A program made the position numbers and the translations under genes. Below the pieces are notes generated by a model. It worked only from the letters and a program-made list of their open reading frames with translations. It had not been told where the DNA came from and made no database searches. Below are positions 9,179 to 20,972 of a stretch of 64,000 bases of DNA, in pieces. The stretch is from Candidatus Nanopelagicales bacterium (lineage in GTDB: Bacteria; Actinomycetota; Actinomycetes; S36-B12). Positions within the stretch are counted from its first letter, which is position 1, and each line of letters starts with the position of its first letter. The DNA is taken from assembly GCA_018609125.1 (NCBI GenBank), contig JABAYF010000002.1, positions 25,540 through 89,539 on the forward strand. The letters are read 5' to 3'.

Positions 9179-10471
9179 CTACAGATGGGACAGAGGCAAA
9201 TCGGCTTCTGCAGGTGGGAGTGCCCCGACTCGACGATGGAGTTGCAGGTGAGGGGAATGCAGGTGCCCGGTCACTCGCATCTCGCGTCTGCGGAGCAACT
9301 GCCAGGACAGTAGTGCGGTGCTGGCCACCACCCCGATTCCGCCACCGATGAGACCCACCCGTGCGCCGAGAATATCTGACAGCCAGCCAATCAGCGGCGC
9401 ACCGATGGGCGTACCGGCAAAAAACAGCATCGTGTAGATACCCATCACTCGCCCACGTAGGTGATCTGGCGTGGCTAGTTGCAAAAAGGACTGCGCCGCA
9501 GTCGTGAAGGTCATTGCGGTGATTCCACAAAGCGGCAACACCAAGGCAAACAGCGCCCACGTTGGCATGACGCCAGCCAGCAATGTTGCTGACCCAAAAG
9601 CTAGGGCCGACACCACAATCAAGCGCACTCGCACCTGCGTCCTGCGTGCCGCTAGAAGTGAGCCCACCAAACTTCCCAGCGCCAGGAAGGTCGACAAAAT
9701 ACCAAAGGAAGCGGCTCCCCCTGCGAATTCCTGGGTTGCCATCAGTGCGGTGGTCAGCTGAAAGTTGAGTCCGAAGAGCGCAACAAAAAAGACCAGCGCG
9801 AGCAGAAACATCAATTCCGGCCGCGATCGAAGAAACTTCAGTCCATCAGAAAACGTCGCGCGTGGCAGATCCCCCTTTCGTGTTTTCGGTATGCGGCGCA
9901 AACTCGCAATCGCAGTCAGCGCAATCGCGAAGAAGGCGACGATGACTCCGATAACGACCGGCAACCCGGTGCCGGCAATGAGCACACCGGCGATAGCCGG
10001 GCCACTGATGCGCGCCAGATTGAACGCGACTGAGTTCAATGCGACGGCATTGGTGAGGTGTTCATTGCCCACGAGTTGGCCAACCAGCGCCTGCCGAGAG
10101 GGGAAATCGATCGCCGCCATGGAGCCGGTGAGAGCGGCGAGGACAAACACCACCGCGACGTTGGCGGTATTAGTCAGGAGTGCGACCAGGAGCACGATCG
10201 AGATGGAGACGAGGCCTATGTGGGCCCAAATCATCAGCGTTCGGCGCGAGAATCGGTCGGCCATGACGCCGGCGAAAGGAGTGATGATGAGAAAGGGAAT
10301 GAACTGCAGCGCAGTAGCAATGCCAACCGCTACACCTGAGCCGTCGGTGAGGTCTAGCACCAGCCAGTCTTGGGCCAGGCGCATCATCCAAAAACCGATA
10401 CCGGTCGATAGTTGCGCTAGCAGGTAACGGCGGTACTGACCGTAACTTAGAGCGGCAAAGGTGGGGCTCAT
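9179..10471 (-). CDS. MFS transporter
   Basis: About 12 predicted TM helices, MFS-type N-terminus (YRRYLLAQLSTGIGFWM) and a GVMADRFSRR loop motif. Confidence 0.8.
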   Translation of the reverse strand: MSPTFAALSYGQYRRYLLAQLSTGIGFWMMRLAQDWLVLDLTDGSGVAVGIATALQFIPFLIITPFAGVMADRFSRRTLMIWAHIGLVSISIVLLVALLTNTANVAVVFVLAALTGSMAAIDFPSRQALVGQLVGNEHLTNAVALNSVAFNLARISGPAIAGVLIAGTGLPVVIGVIVAFFAIALTAIASLRRIPKTRKGDLPRATFSDGLKFLRSRPELMFLLALVFFVALFGLNFQLTTALMATQEFAGGAASFGILSTFLALGSLVGSLLAARRTQVRVRLIVVSALAFGSATLLAGVMPTWALFALVLPLCGITAMTFTTAAQSFLQLATPDHLRGRVMGIYTMLFFAGTPIGAPLIGWLSDILGARVGLIGGGIGVVASTALLSWQLLRRREMRVTGHLHSPHLQLHRRVGALPPAEADLPLSHL

Positions 10472-10881
10472 AAACCAACGAGCCGATCCATGATCACAGC
10501 TGCATCTGCGAGCGTGCGTCGGTCACCGACGCTGAGCTCTTTGAGTTGACGGGCCAGCCATGCTTCACGCTGCGCCCGGTCAGCGGCGAGTAGTACCTGT
10601 CCCTGCTCATTCAGCGTCAACAACACCTGACGGCCATCATCGGGATGGGGTGCGCGTTCAATCAGGCCAAGATCCACCAGGGCCGCCACGGTGCGCGTCA
10701 TAGACGGGGGTCGCACGCGCTCGTGTGCAGCGAGTTCACCGGGGGTCATGGACCCATGACGTTGGAGGCCGGTAAGGACAGATAGTTGACTCAGGGTGAG
10801 GCCATGATCGGCGCGCTCTGCCCGCAACCGACGCGCCAGCCGCATGACGGCTACCTGGAGTTCGTGACTGACCTTCTGCAT
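10468..10881 (-). CDS. MarR family transcriptional regulator
   Basis: 137-aa winged-HTH pattern (LTLSQLSVLTGLQRHGSMTPGELAA...VRPPSMTRTVAAL). It overlaps the MFS start by 4 nt, consistent with an operon. Confidence 0.85.
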   Translation of the reverse strand: MQKVSHELQVAVMRLARRLRAERADHGLTLSQLSVLTGLQRHGSMTPGELAAHERVRPPSMTRTVAALVDLGLIERAPHPDDGRQVLLTLNEQGQVLLAADRAQREAWLARQLKELSVGDRRTLADAAVIMDRLVGL

Positions 10882-10905
10882 AGGTCGTTAGTGTAACTCA
10901 TTAGT

Positions 10906-13074
<2,169 letters not shown>

Positions 13075-13092
13075 AAGGCAGACGCTAGCGAT

Positions 13093-15729
13093 TTAACTAT
13101 CGGGTTGCAGCGTAAGGGTGTCCACGGTTGATTCTGCGACCGCAGCAAGGCTCCACGGCCAGGGAAATTGATCACCGTTTTGCCAGGCGCTGATCTGATC
13201 GGTGTAGTTGGGCGCATAAGCGTGCCCGGAGTTGCCGGTGAGGTTGACCCACGTGGAGGAGTCAAAATTGGCCAGATCCACCACCTGTCTCATGCTGGGG
13301 ACCGCCAAGACTTCGTACCCCTCACTAGGCAACCAACTCGTGGCGTTCACTATGGCGCTGCCACCGGCCACCTCAATGGGTCCGCGATTAAACAGCGCCT
13401 CAATGGGTGCGATACCGCTGCCACCCAGGGTCGAATTTGTCAGGGTGAGCGTGTGCAGTGCACCCCAGGACCAACTCTGCGGGTCATCGCCTTGTAACTC
13501 ACGCAGTTCCGCTGCTGCGGCATCCATGCTCGTCTGGAGCATCGCGTCACGGTCCTCCACCGCCGCAGTGGTGGGATCATCCCACCATGGATCGTCAATG
13601 GCTTCCCAGATGATGCGGATGACCTCAAAGTACTGGTCGTCACCGCTGGTCGTGGTGAGTTCGGTGTCGATGTGGGAGTTGAACATGCCGTTCACCATCT
13701 GTCGCCAGATCGCGTTGAAGTAGGCCGCCGGGGCTGAGTCAATGGGTTGGTCGAATTCCCAACCGGTAAACAAACTCATCGCCGGATTCGATGCGGTCGT
13801 ATCCGAAAGGCGCGGCACGATGAACTCGGCGTTGGCGTTGCGTGAGTCCATTTGGATGTCCGCCATGATCGCCGGGGTAAACGACTCACCGGCATCGATG
13901 CGGTCGGTGAGCAGTTCCACGATGCGCTGACTGCGTGCCCCATAGGCCCAGTCGTTGGTGATGAAGTAGTCATAGTCTGGGCCGATCACCGCCTGATTGG
14001 CCGTCACGATCCAGCCTTGCGGTGGGTTGATTTCATACGGCAGTGCTTCGAATGGAATCGAGCCCTCCCACCCGAAGTCACTCGACCAACCCGGCACCGG
14101 CCACTTACCGTCATAGCCCTTGCGGATCGGAACACTTCCCGGCATCTGGTAGGCGATATTTCCGGCCGTATCGGCGTACAACAGGTTCTGGGCCGGTACC
14201 GCCAGGAATTTCGCTGCCGCCCGGAAACCATCGAAGTCGGTGGCGGTGTTGAGGAGATGAATCGCATCAAAGGTGGGTGCGGGGGTAAGTGCGGTCCACC
14301 GAAGTGCCACCTCGTATCCGTCAGCACGACCGGGAACCGGGTTGGCATTGCCGCTTTGTCCCGGCGCAGGTTGGGGTGCGCTCTCACCTACAACCGCATA
14401 CACATCGGGGTCATCTAGCACCCCGGAGATGATCGGGCCGTCCTGTGTTTCGCGGACCGTGAGCGTCACCGGGTCGCCACCGGCCACGTCTATTATTTCG
14501 GTGCGCACCGTAAGCGCCTGAGGTTGGCCGTCAACGATGTAGGTGTCGCCCTCGACTTTGGTCAGCACCAGGTCGGTTACATCAGGGCCGACATTGGTAA
14601 AGCCCCACGCAAAGTTGCTGGTGTGCCCAATGAAGATGCCGGGCAATCCGGCCATGCTCCACCCGCCCACATCGAAATCGCAGTCTGGGTTCAAGGTGCG
14701 ACAACGTAGGTTTGTTTGATACCACAGGCTCGGCATAGCCGGGGCAAGGTGAGGATCGTTGGCCAACAGAGGTTTACCGGTGGTGGTGTACTCACCCGCC
14801 ACCGCCCATGAGTTCGAACCCAATCCCCGTGCAGGTGCGCCTAACCAGTCGTTGAGCCCGGCACTGGCCTGGAGCACATCGGTGAGTGCGGGCATTGCCG
14901 CAGCCGGAATCGCAGCCGGGCCATAGGCCGCAGCAGTCACCTGCAGGCCGGGCGGGTCCTGCACAAACTCACCATCCACCACGTTTCCACCATCAACAAT
15001 GGGGCGGTTGCGGTCGAAGGGATAGGGCGGGTACAGGGTTTCGGTGCGATCTACACCCACGGCCGCAGACATGATCGTGCGATAGATCTCATCCGACATA
15101 TTTCCGCGCAGATCCCAGGCCAGTGCCTTCAGCCACGACACCGAATCTGCCGGTCCCCACGGTTGAATTTCATAGTCTGGATTGATCAGGCCGATAACGC
15201 TGTACTCCAGGCTAATGTCGGCCGGTGAGCGGTCCTGGAGGTAGGCGTTGACCCCCTGGGAATAGGCGGCCAGAATTCGCAGGGACTTTTCGTCAAGCAG
15301 GCCAAGTTCCTCCTCGGCAACCTTGCGCCAACCCATGGTGCGAAGAAATGAATCGGTAGGCACCTGATCTTTACCGAACATTTCCGATAGGCGCCCGGCG
15401 GTGATGTGACGGCGCACATCCATTTCATAGAAACGATCCTGGGCATGTACATAGCCTTGCGCGAAAAGCAGATCGTCCATCGTGTCGGCGTACAGCGTAG
15501 GAACACCGCGTTCATCGCGCAGGACGTCGACAGGGGCCGAAAGTCCGGCAAGTTCAATCACCCCACTGGTTTGGGGAAAGGACCGCTTCACGGAGTAGTG
15601 GCCAAAGGACACACCGGTAAGCAGCCCCAGGGTAAGCAACACGGTGAGTCCGCCCACCACCCACGGCCACACTCTGCGTTTGCGGCCTTCGGGAAGTGGC
15701 AGCGACATCGGTGTGGTTTCGGTGCTCAC
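13093..15729 (-). CDS. penicillin acylase family protein (Ntn hydrolase, penicillin/AHL amidase type)
   Basis: An 878-aa precursor with N-terminal TM/signal and the GLGSNSWAV motif containing the Ntn nucleophile Ser. Confidence 0.9.
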   Translation of the reverse strand: MSTETTPMSLPLPEGRKRRVWPWVVGGLTVLLTLGLLTGVSFGHYSVKRSFPQTSGVIELAGLSAPVDVLRDERGVPTLYADTMDDLLFAQGYVHAQDRFYEMDVRRHITAGRLSEMFGKDQVPTDSFLRTMGWRKVAEEELGLLDEKSLRILAAYSQGVNAYLQDRSPADISLEYSVIGLINPDYEIQPWGPADSVSWLKALAWDLRGNMSDEIYRTIMSAAVGVDRTETLYPPYPFDRNRPIVDGGNVVDGEFVQDPPGLQVTAAAYGPAAIPAAAMPALTDVLQASAGLNDWLGAPARGLGSNSWAVAGEYTTTGKPLLANDPHLAPAMPSLWYQTNLRCRTLNPDCDFDVGGWSMAGLPGIFIGHTSNFAWGFTNVGPDVTDLVLTKVEGDTYIVDGQPQALTVRTEIIDVAGGDPVTLTVRETQDGPIISGVLDDPDVYAVVGESAPQPAPGQSGNANPVPGRADGYEVALRWTALTPAPTFDAIHLLNTATDFDGFRAAAKFLAVPAQNLLYADTAGNIAYQMPGSVPIRKGYDGKWPVPGWSSDFGWEGSIPFEALPYEINPPQGWIVTANQAVIGPDYDYFITNDWAYGARSQRIVELLTDRIDAGESFTPAIMADIQMDSRNANAEFIVPRLSDTTASNPAMSLFTGWEFDQPIDSAPAAYFNAIWRQMVNGMFNSHIDTELTTTSGDDQYFEVIRIIWEAIDDPWWDDPTTAAVEDRDAMLQTSMDAAAAELRELQGDDPQSWSWGALHTLTLTNSTLGGSGIAPIEALFNRGPIEVAGGSAIVNATSWLPSEGYEVLAVPSMRQVVDLANFDSSTWVNLTGNSGHAYAPNYTDQISAWQNGDQFPWPWSLAAVAESTVDTLTLQPDS

Positions 15730-15810
15730 AACGGCAGGCTAGTGCGGGAATTGACATCGCGAGGGCACGTACAGTTATTCGTTTTCGTTCTCGCCCGCTA
15801 CCGTCTGCCC

Positions 15811-16698
15811 ATGGCGCGCGCAGTTTCTGTCCAAATTGTGGGAGGCCTGGGCAATCAACTGTTCGGCTATGCCGCAGGTGCCGCTCTCGCCGGACAGCGG
15901 CGGGCGGCACTCATCCTGGACACCAGCCACACCCGCCATGGCATCACCGACCACGGCCTGGCCATCACCGGCTTTGACCTACCCGGTACCTGGCGTCCAG
16001 AGCGACGCTGGTGGTCCACCCCGGGTCGCTACCCCAGCCGTGCGTGGGCTCGACTTATTCGCAAAAGTCCGTGGCTGCGCCGCCGACTGCGTATCTACTC
16101 CTCCGATGTGGTGGGTCATGATCGGGCCATCCTGCAACTACCCGCCGGCACTGCGCTGCGAGGATATTTTCAGTCTTGGAAACTGGCCGCCACCGCCATG
16201 GATTACGGCATGCCGCGCCGCCCAGAGTTACGGCAACCCAGCCAATGGGCCCTGGACCTGGCGCGACGCTCAGCGGCGGAAAAGCCGCTCATCGTGCATG
16301 TGCGTCGCGGTGATTATGCGTTGGTGCCCCAGTTTGGCCTGCTCGATTCTGACTACTACGCGCGCGCGATAGCCCGACATCGCTCTCGCGGAATTACCGG
16401 CCCGGTCTGGATTTTTTCCGATGACCACCGTGCTGCCGCCACGATGGTGACTGGTGAAGTGATCACCGGAGCGCCCGATGCGGCACATGAAATGTGGGTC
16501 ATGAGCCACGGTGCGGCCTATGTGATCGCGAACTCCACGTTTAGCTGGTGGGCGGCGTGGATGAGTGGGTCGCGCACCCCCGTGGTTGCCCCCGCGCCCT
16601 GGTTTGCCCAGGGCCCGGTCGTCGATGGTCTCATTCCCCCGGAATGGGACCTACTCGACGCCCAGTGGCTGCAACCCGGTGGAGATGAGTCGGCGTAA
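15811..16698 (+). CDS. glycosyltransferase family 11 (alpha-1,2-fucosyltransferase-like)
   Basis: GGLGNQLF N-terminal motif, HVRRGDY and NSTFSWWAAW motifs. Start set at ATG 15811, because the upstream part of the long ORF overlaps the acylase gene on the other strand. Confidence 0.8.
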   Translation: MARAVSVQIVGGLGNQLFGYAAGAALAGQRRAALILDTSHTRHGITDHGLAITGFDLPGTWRPERRWWSTPGRYPSRAWARLIRKSPWLRRRLRIYSSDVVGHDRAILQLPAGTALRGYFQSWKLAATAMDYGMPRRPELRQPSQWALDLARRSAAEKPLIVHVRRGDYALVPQFGLLDSDYYARAIARHRSRGITGPVWIFSDDHRAAATMVTGEVITGAPDAAHEMWVMSHGAAYVIANSTFSWWAAWMSGSRTPVVAPAPWFAQGPVVDGLIPPEWDLLDAQWLQPGGDESA

Positions 16699-18669
16699 TT
16701 CTTCTTCGTCTACCTCGTGGCCCACATACTTCGTTGCGGTTGCGAGTACTTTCTGCAGCGCCTCTTTTTGCTCATCGGCCGGCTTGGCCATTGCCGCTGC
16801 CTGATCGCGATGCAACTCCCACGCCAATTCCCGCTGCCGAAGCGCCACGTTTATCCGCTGCATCTGCTCCGGAGTCGCCGTCAACCGCCAGGTTCGAGAC
16901 AGTGCCTCAGGTAGCACATCGCGGTAGTCGTGGCCGCCCTCAGCAAAGGTGCCCGGCGTGGGCGTGAGGGCATTCAACATGTCGAGGAATGTCATCAGGA
17001 AGGTGGTGCCCGGTACCCACTGGGTAGACCTGGGTGCACCGAGTGGGCGATCGGGGCCGAGCCAGTCGGGGCGGCGCCACATGACCTGGGTGCCGAACTT
17101 TGGAATCGGGTCATCGCCGTTTTGCAAAAGTAGATAATCGATCGCATCGCGCTCGGTTGAATCAAGATGGCGCCAGTCGGGTACCGACCGTGGCAGGTAG
17201 GTGGCACCCGGGCCGAGCGTTGGCGCATCGGCCAGACTGCGCTGACCCCAGAGTTCCTTGCGCCAGGTAGACGCCGACGGTGTACCAATCCACAGCGCCG
17301 CAGTAACGCCGGCACCGGATGGCCCGTAGATCCAACTGCCCCGGAACATGTCCTGACTCACTTGGGAGCCCAGGCTTTCGCCAAACAGATAGAACTTCGG
17401 TCGCGTATTAGCCGGCATTGCCAGCAGACGCTTGATGATGCCGTCAATCACCATGCGTGTTTGTGCCGTGCCCGCGCTCACATCGCCCAGGGATAGCGCT
17501 GAGGGCAGTACCGAGTACTGGATCGCTGCCGATGCGCAGTCACCCAGGGTGAGAAACTCAAAGGTTTCGGTGGCAACATAGTTTACATAGCCCGACCCGG
17601 TGGGGGAGAAAAGCGCAAAAGCACTGCGCTGCAATGCATTCGTTCGGTCAATTTCATCAAGCAACACCTGCGCCCGAGCAGCCTCCGACTCGGCGATGTC
17701 CAGTGAGGCATACACGCGAATCGGCTGCTCAGCGCTGGCCACACCCATGACGGCTGCAATGGATGCCGGCGGCAGGGTCATGCTCAACCATCGGGCACCC
17801 TCGCGAGTTTGCTTGTCCCAGGCCAGCCCAGAGGCCGCCGACCCGGTGATCATCGGTGAATCAGGTGCCCTCGCGTGCCCGGGTTCAATCGAGCCACCAC
17901 CTTTGGACAACATCTTTGACACCCGATCGATCGCCAGATATGCCGCAGTGCCGGTGAAAACAGTGGCGGTCACGCGGCCCAGCAGCCGATGGTCGGCCGG
18001 TTCGCCACCGATGACCACGGTGGCGACTCGGCTGGCCAGGTTGGTCAACCGAGACTCTGCACGAGCCAGGCCGTAGGTGACAACGCCCACCACACCGGCG
18101 ATGCCGAGAGCTTCGATCGGGCGAACCTCGCGAACGGTGTCTTCCAGGAAGTATTCAGTGCCGCGCGACAAGGCCCCGGGCAATTCTTCCCCGATGAGCG
18201 ATCCGGGGGCTGCCCGCCAGGGCGTGGTGACCAGCCAGGATGCGGCCCCGGCGAGGGCTGAGGCGGCCAATGCTGTGCGCCGCCCGGTGTCGTGGCGCCC
18301 GGTGAGGGTGGACAGCGTGCTCACCGAACTCCCCACGGTGAGTGCCTGGCCGGTAAGCCGGATTGCGGCTCGCCGGTTAGATTCATGCTCACGCCATTCC
18401 ACGCTGCGCACCACGGCCCCGCCGATGATGCCCACGGCCGCAGCCACGCCCAGACGTGCCGCTGAACTGGGATGCTCTGATCGGGAGATACGGGCGGCCA
18501 CCGCATTGATGAGTGAGTCACCGCTGGAGAACAGCCCGTAGGCGAACGCCGAGGTGGCACCGGAGATGATCGCCTGATCGACGCTGCCTCGGGTGAGCAG
18601 GTTGGGTTGAAAGCTACGGCCTACGGCTACGGCCGCTCCGATGAGTCCAGCGCGCGCGGGATGATCCAT
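16651..18669 (-). CDS. membrane-anchored alpha/beta hydrolase (Abhydrolase_9-type), paralog 2
   Basis: Same architecture as 2844-4922: TM-rich N-half, PTGSGYVNY block, GESLG elbow and GGHDYR. Confidence 0.75.
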   Translation of the reverse strand: MDHPARAGLIGAAVAVGRSFQPNLLTRGSVDQAIISGATSAFAYGLFSSGDSLINAVAARISRSEHPSSAARLGVAAAVGIIGGAVVRSVEWREHESNRRAAIRLTGQALTVGSSVSTLSTLTGRHDTGRRTALAASALAGAASWLVTTPWRAAPGSLIGEELPGALSRGTEYFLEDTVREVRPIEALGIAGVVGVVTYGLARAESRLTNLASRVATVVIGGEPADHRLLGRVTATVFTGTAAYLAIDRVSKMLSKGGGSIEPGHARAPDSPMITGSAASGLAWDKQTREGARWLSMTLPPASIAAVMGVASAEQPIRVYASLDIAESEAARAQVLLDEIDRTNALQRSAFALFSPTGSGYVNYVATETFEFLTLGDCASAAIQYSVLPSALSLGDVSAGTAQTRMVIDGIIKRLLAMPANTRPKFYLFGESLGSQVSQDMFRGSWIYGPSGAGVTAALWIGTPSASTWRKELWGQRSLADAPTLGPGATYLPRSVPDWRHLDSTERDAIDYLLLQNGDDPIPKFGTQVMWRRPDWLGPDRPLGAPRSTQWVPGTTFLMTFLDMLNALTPTPGTFAEGGHDYRDVLPEALSRTWRLTATPEQMQRINVALRQRELAWELHRDQAAAMAKPADEQKEALQKVLATATKYVGHEVDEEELRRLISTGLQPLGVE

Positions 18670-18709
18670 GAAGCGAAACAGTACCGGGCGGGTAATCTTT
18701 GCCGCGGCG

Positions 18710-19480
18710 CTACAGCCGTTGTTGGCTCAACCGAATCGCCTCGGCGTTAAAGATGATCCATTCGGCCATGCCTGCTGGCTCACCGCTGGCATAGGCCTTC
18801 AATGCTTTGACGTAGGTCGGGCGCCCCTGGGCCAGGAGACCGAGCTCCGGGCAGCCCCACAGGTCCGGGTCCACGCCTCGCGCAGCGAGCACCAGGCGCA
18901 GGCTCGCCCGAGCTATCAGCCCCGACCCCCAGGTGAAGGGACGCAGCGCCAGCAACTCCCCGTGCGCGATGGCGGCCACGAGCACAGCCGGCGCTTGGGT
19001 GGGACGAGTGAGCACCGTGGCGAGAGCATCGAAGCGTGGGGAAATATCGGTTACCGGCGGGATGAGACCGATGTGTAGTGGATCAACCACCTCGTCGGTG
19101 TCACGTGGGCGACCGCGAGCGTCATCTCGATCGAAACCGCGAGCGGCCACCACGTGTAGATGGGCGATCACCTGGAGCGGGGAACGCGACCAGGTGTCGA
19201 CCTGACGCGGGATGGCTGCGGTCACAGCTTCGGCAGCGGCCACCGCCCGGCCCATGGGTGAGTCCTCGTCGCTAACCCCGGCCCGCATGGCGTCGATAGA
19301 CACCTCGGCGCCTTCCAGAGCCGCGCTTGCTCGGGCACCCTGGATGGCCGACTCGGCCACAATTTCTGCCGCCTTGGCTCGCAGCGACCGATCCCACAGC
19401 AGTGCATCAACCTCGTCGCGGGCCCGGGCACATGCGTCGGCAACGCCGGGTAGACCAGCAAGGTCAGCGAGGGGATCCAT
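18710..19480 (-). CDS. Fic-fold-like protein with degenerate active-site motif (function unknown)
   Basis: The N-terminal SAALEGAEVS resembles the Fic_N SxxIEG block. LRPFTWGSGLIAR aligns to HPFx(D/E)GNGRxxR but lacks His, Asn and the first Arg. Start set at ATG 19480, just after the upstream gene's stop at 19513. Confidence 0.5.
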   Translation of the reverse strand: MDPLADLAGLPGVADACARARDEVDALLWDRSLRAKAAEIVAESAIQGARASAALEGAEVSIDAMRAGVSDEDSPMGRAVAAAEAVTAAIPRQVDTWSRSPLQVIAHLHVVAARGFDRDDARGRPRDTDEVVDPLHIGLIPPVTDISPRFDALATVLTRPTQAPAVLVAAIAHGELLALRPFTWGSGLIARASLRLVLAARGVDPDLWGCPELGLLAQGRPTYVKALKAYASGEPAGMAEWIIFNAEAIRLSQQRL

Positions 19481-19512
19481 AGCGACAACCACGGCGCTAA
19501 GTAGATCGGGTG

Positions 19513-20763
19513 CTAGTACAGCTGGGTGCCGCGGGCCTGCAATGCAGCGAGCACCGCAGGGTCTTGGGCGTCCATCCACTCGGCCAATTGCGCGAAACTC
19601 ACGAATCGCACGTCGGGAAACTGCGCCGTGGCATTGGTGACGAACTCATTCGTGGCCTCGATGAACGCACCGCATGCATAGTTGCTCCAGTGCATGCCCC
19701 AGATGAGTGGCGCGCGGGTGTCGTTATAGGACGCGGTGAGAGCGTTCATCAACGTGTCGTAGGAGAGGCGCTTGATTTCTGCGCATTCGGTTGGATCGGT
19801 GATGTTGGTCTCGCCATTGGATGCCTGGTAGTAGATGTTGTAGTCCATGGCGATCGCTGAGCGGCCGGTGTCGCCTACCTTCAGCGTTGCCAGTGGGAAG
19901 TCCCACAGGCCGTATGAGTTTTGGACCGGCCACTGGAAGAATCCGGAGTTGGATGCGTCGTAGGTGAAACCGTGGTCAACAAAGACCGGGTACATCGCGT
20001 CGCGATCGCCCTCTAGGCACGGCGTGCGCGCACCCTTGAAGACAGAACCGTTGAAGGGCAACGGGTTCGGGGTACTGGTCCCGGTGTTCGCAGCCCAATC
20101 GTCGAGGAAGAGTTCCATCTGACTCAGCTCAGAATCCCAATCGGCGCCGCTGAAATCAACGACAGAGCCACCGTTGGTTTGGCAGTAGTGGCCACCGAAG
20201 TGGGTGCCAATCTCGTGGCCTTTCTCATAGGCCTCTCGGAAGTTTTCTGCCCGGCCACGGACATCGTCGGCAGTGCCACCGAAACCAATTCCGGACTCTC
20301 CGGCTGAGCGTCCGGGGTTGGTGTATTCATAACGCTTCTCGTCAGGCAGCATGTAGAGGCCGGAGAGAAAAAACGTGTACTTGGCTCCGGTGGCGTCCGC
20401 GGTTTCCATGAAGCGATGGAACACCGCGTCGTTACCGGACCCGTCGAAGGACACCACGACGAACTGCGGCGGCGTCTCGCCCGGGGCGAGCGGCGTTATG
20501 TCGAAGGCAGGCTGGGGCAGGTTGACCGCGGATACGCCGCCGCCGGCGCCGATGACATCGCCCACCGCAGGGGCCGGTGCTGTACCGGAATCGGGTTCGG
20601 AATCGGGTTCGGAATCGGGTTCCGGCGCGGGGTCGGCGGGGGCAGCGGAGTCGGCATCACCGGCGGCCACGGTGCTATTGCTCGAGGGCAGCACAGCACC
20701 AATGACAAGGCCGAGCGCGGCAGCGATAGCGAAAAGCAACGGAACCAGCACGCGGGGTTGCAC
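19513..20763 (-). CDS. exported polysaccharide-deacetylase-like protein
   Basis: N-terminal TM/signal, an (EPDS)3 linker and a VVVSFDGSGND...FFLSG...HEIGTHF pattern reminiscent of the CE4-like deacetylase family. GTG 20763 is chosen because AGGAGA lies 6 nt upstream. Confidence 0.55.
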   Translation of the reverse strand: MQPRVLVPLLFAIAAALGLVIGAVLPSSNSTVAAGDADSAAPADPAPEPDSEPDSEPDSGTAPAPAVGDVIGAGGGVSAVNLPQPAFDITPLAPGETPPQFVVVSFDGSGNDAVFHRFMETADATGAKYTFFLSGLYMLPDEKRYEYTNPGRSAGESGIGFGGTADDVRGRAENFREAYEKGHEIGTHFGGHYCQTNGGSVVDFSGADWDSELSQMELFLDDWAANTGTSTPNPLPFNGSVFKGARTPCLEGDRDAMYPVFVDHGFTYDASNSGFFQWPVQNSYGLWDFPLATLKVGDTGRSAIAMDYNIYYQASNGETNITDPTECAEIKRLSYDTLMNALTASYNDTRAPLIWGMHWSNYACGAFIEATNEFVTNATAQFPDVRFVSFAQLAEWMDAQDPAVLAALQARGTQLY

Positions 20764-20972
20764 AGACACTCTCCTGATCCGATGACACACACTCAGATGA
20801 CGCACATTCGATGGGGAGTCTCTATCTTGACGCATTCGGGCACCTCATCGTTCCCTCCGACGCGCCTAGCCAGCGCGGCAAATACCCTAAATACCGCCCA
20901 GATGGTGGTCCTCGGCGGCAAAATAGCGGGGGTTCCCCGTCGCGCCCCACCATCAATCTCAGGAGCACACTC

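Noticed and set aside
15406-15810. N-terminal extensions of ORF-track entries: GT11 15406, epimerase 7531, hydrolase 2739, acs 20811, Nudix 32656, MarP 31907, whiB4 39689, PBP 39957, CD225 51311, secreted protein 55621
   Set aside because: The extensions overlap neighbouring genes or a terminator and lack homology-like sequence. Internal starts have SD elements and/or match the canonical N-termini of the families.
16651-16698. 48-nt convergent overlap of the GT11 and Abhydrolase_9 3' ends, considered as a sign of mis-annotation or a pseudogene
   Set aside because: Both reading frames keep family-typical sequence up to near their stops. Convergent 3' overlaps of this size occur in compact high-GC genomes, and there is no frameshift evidence.
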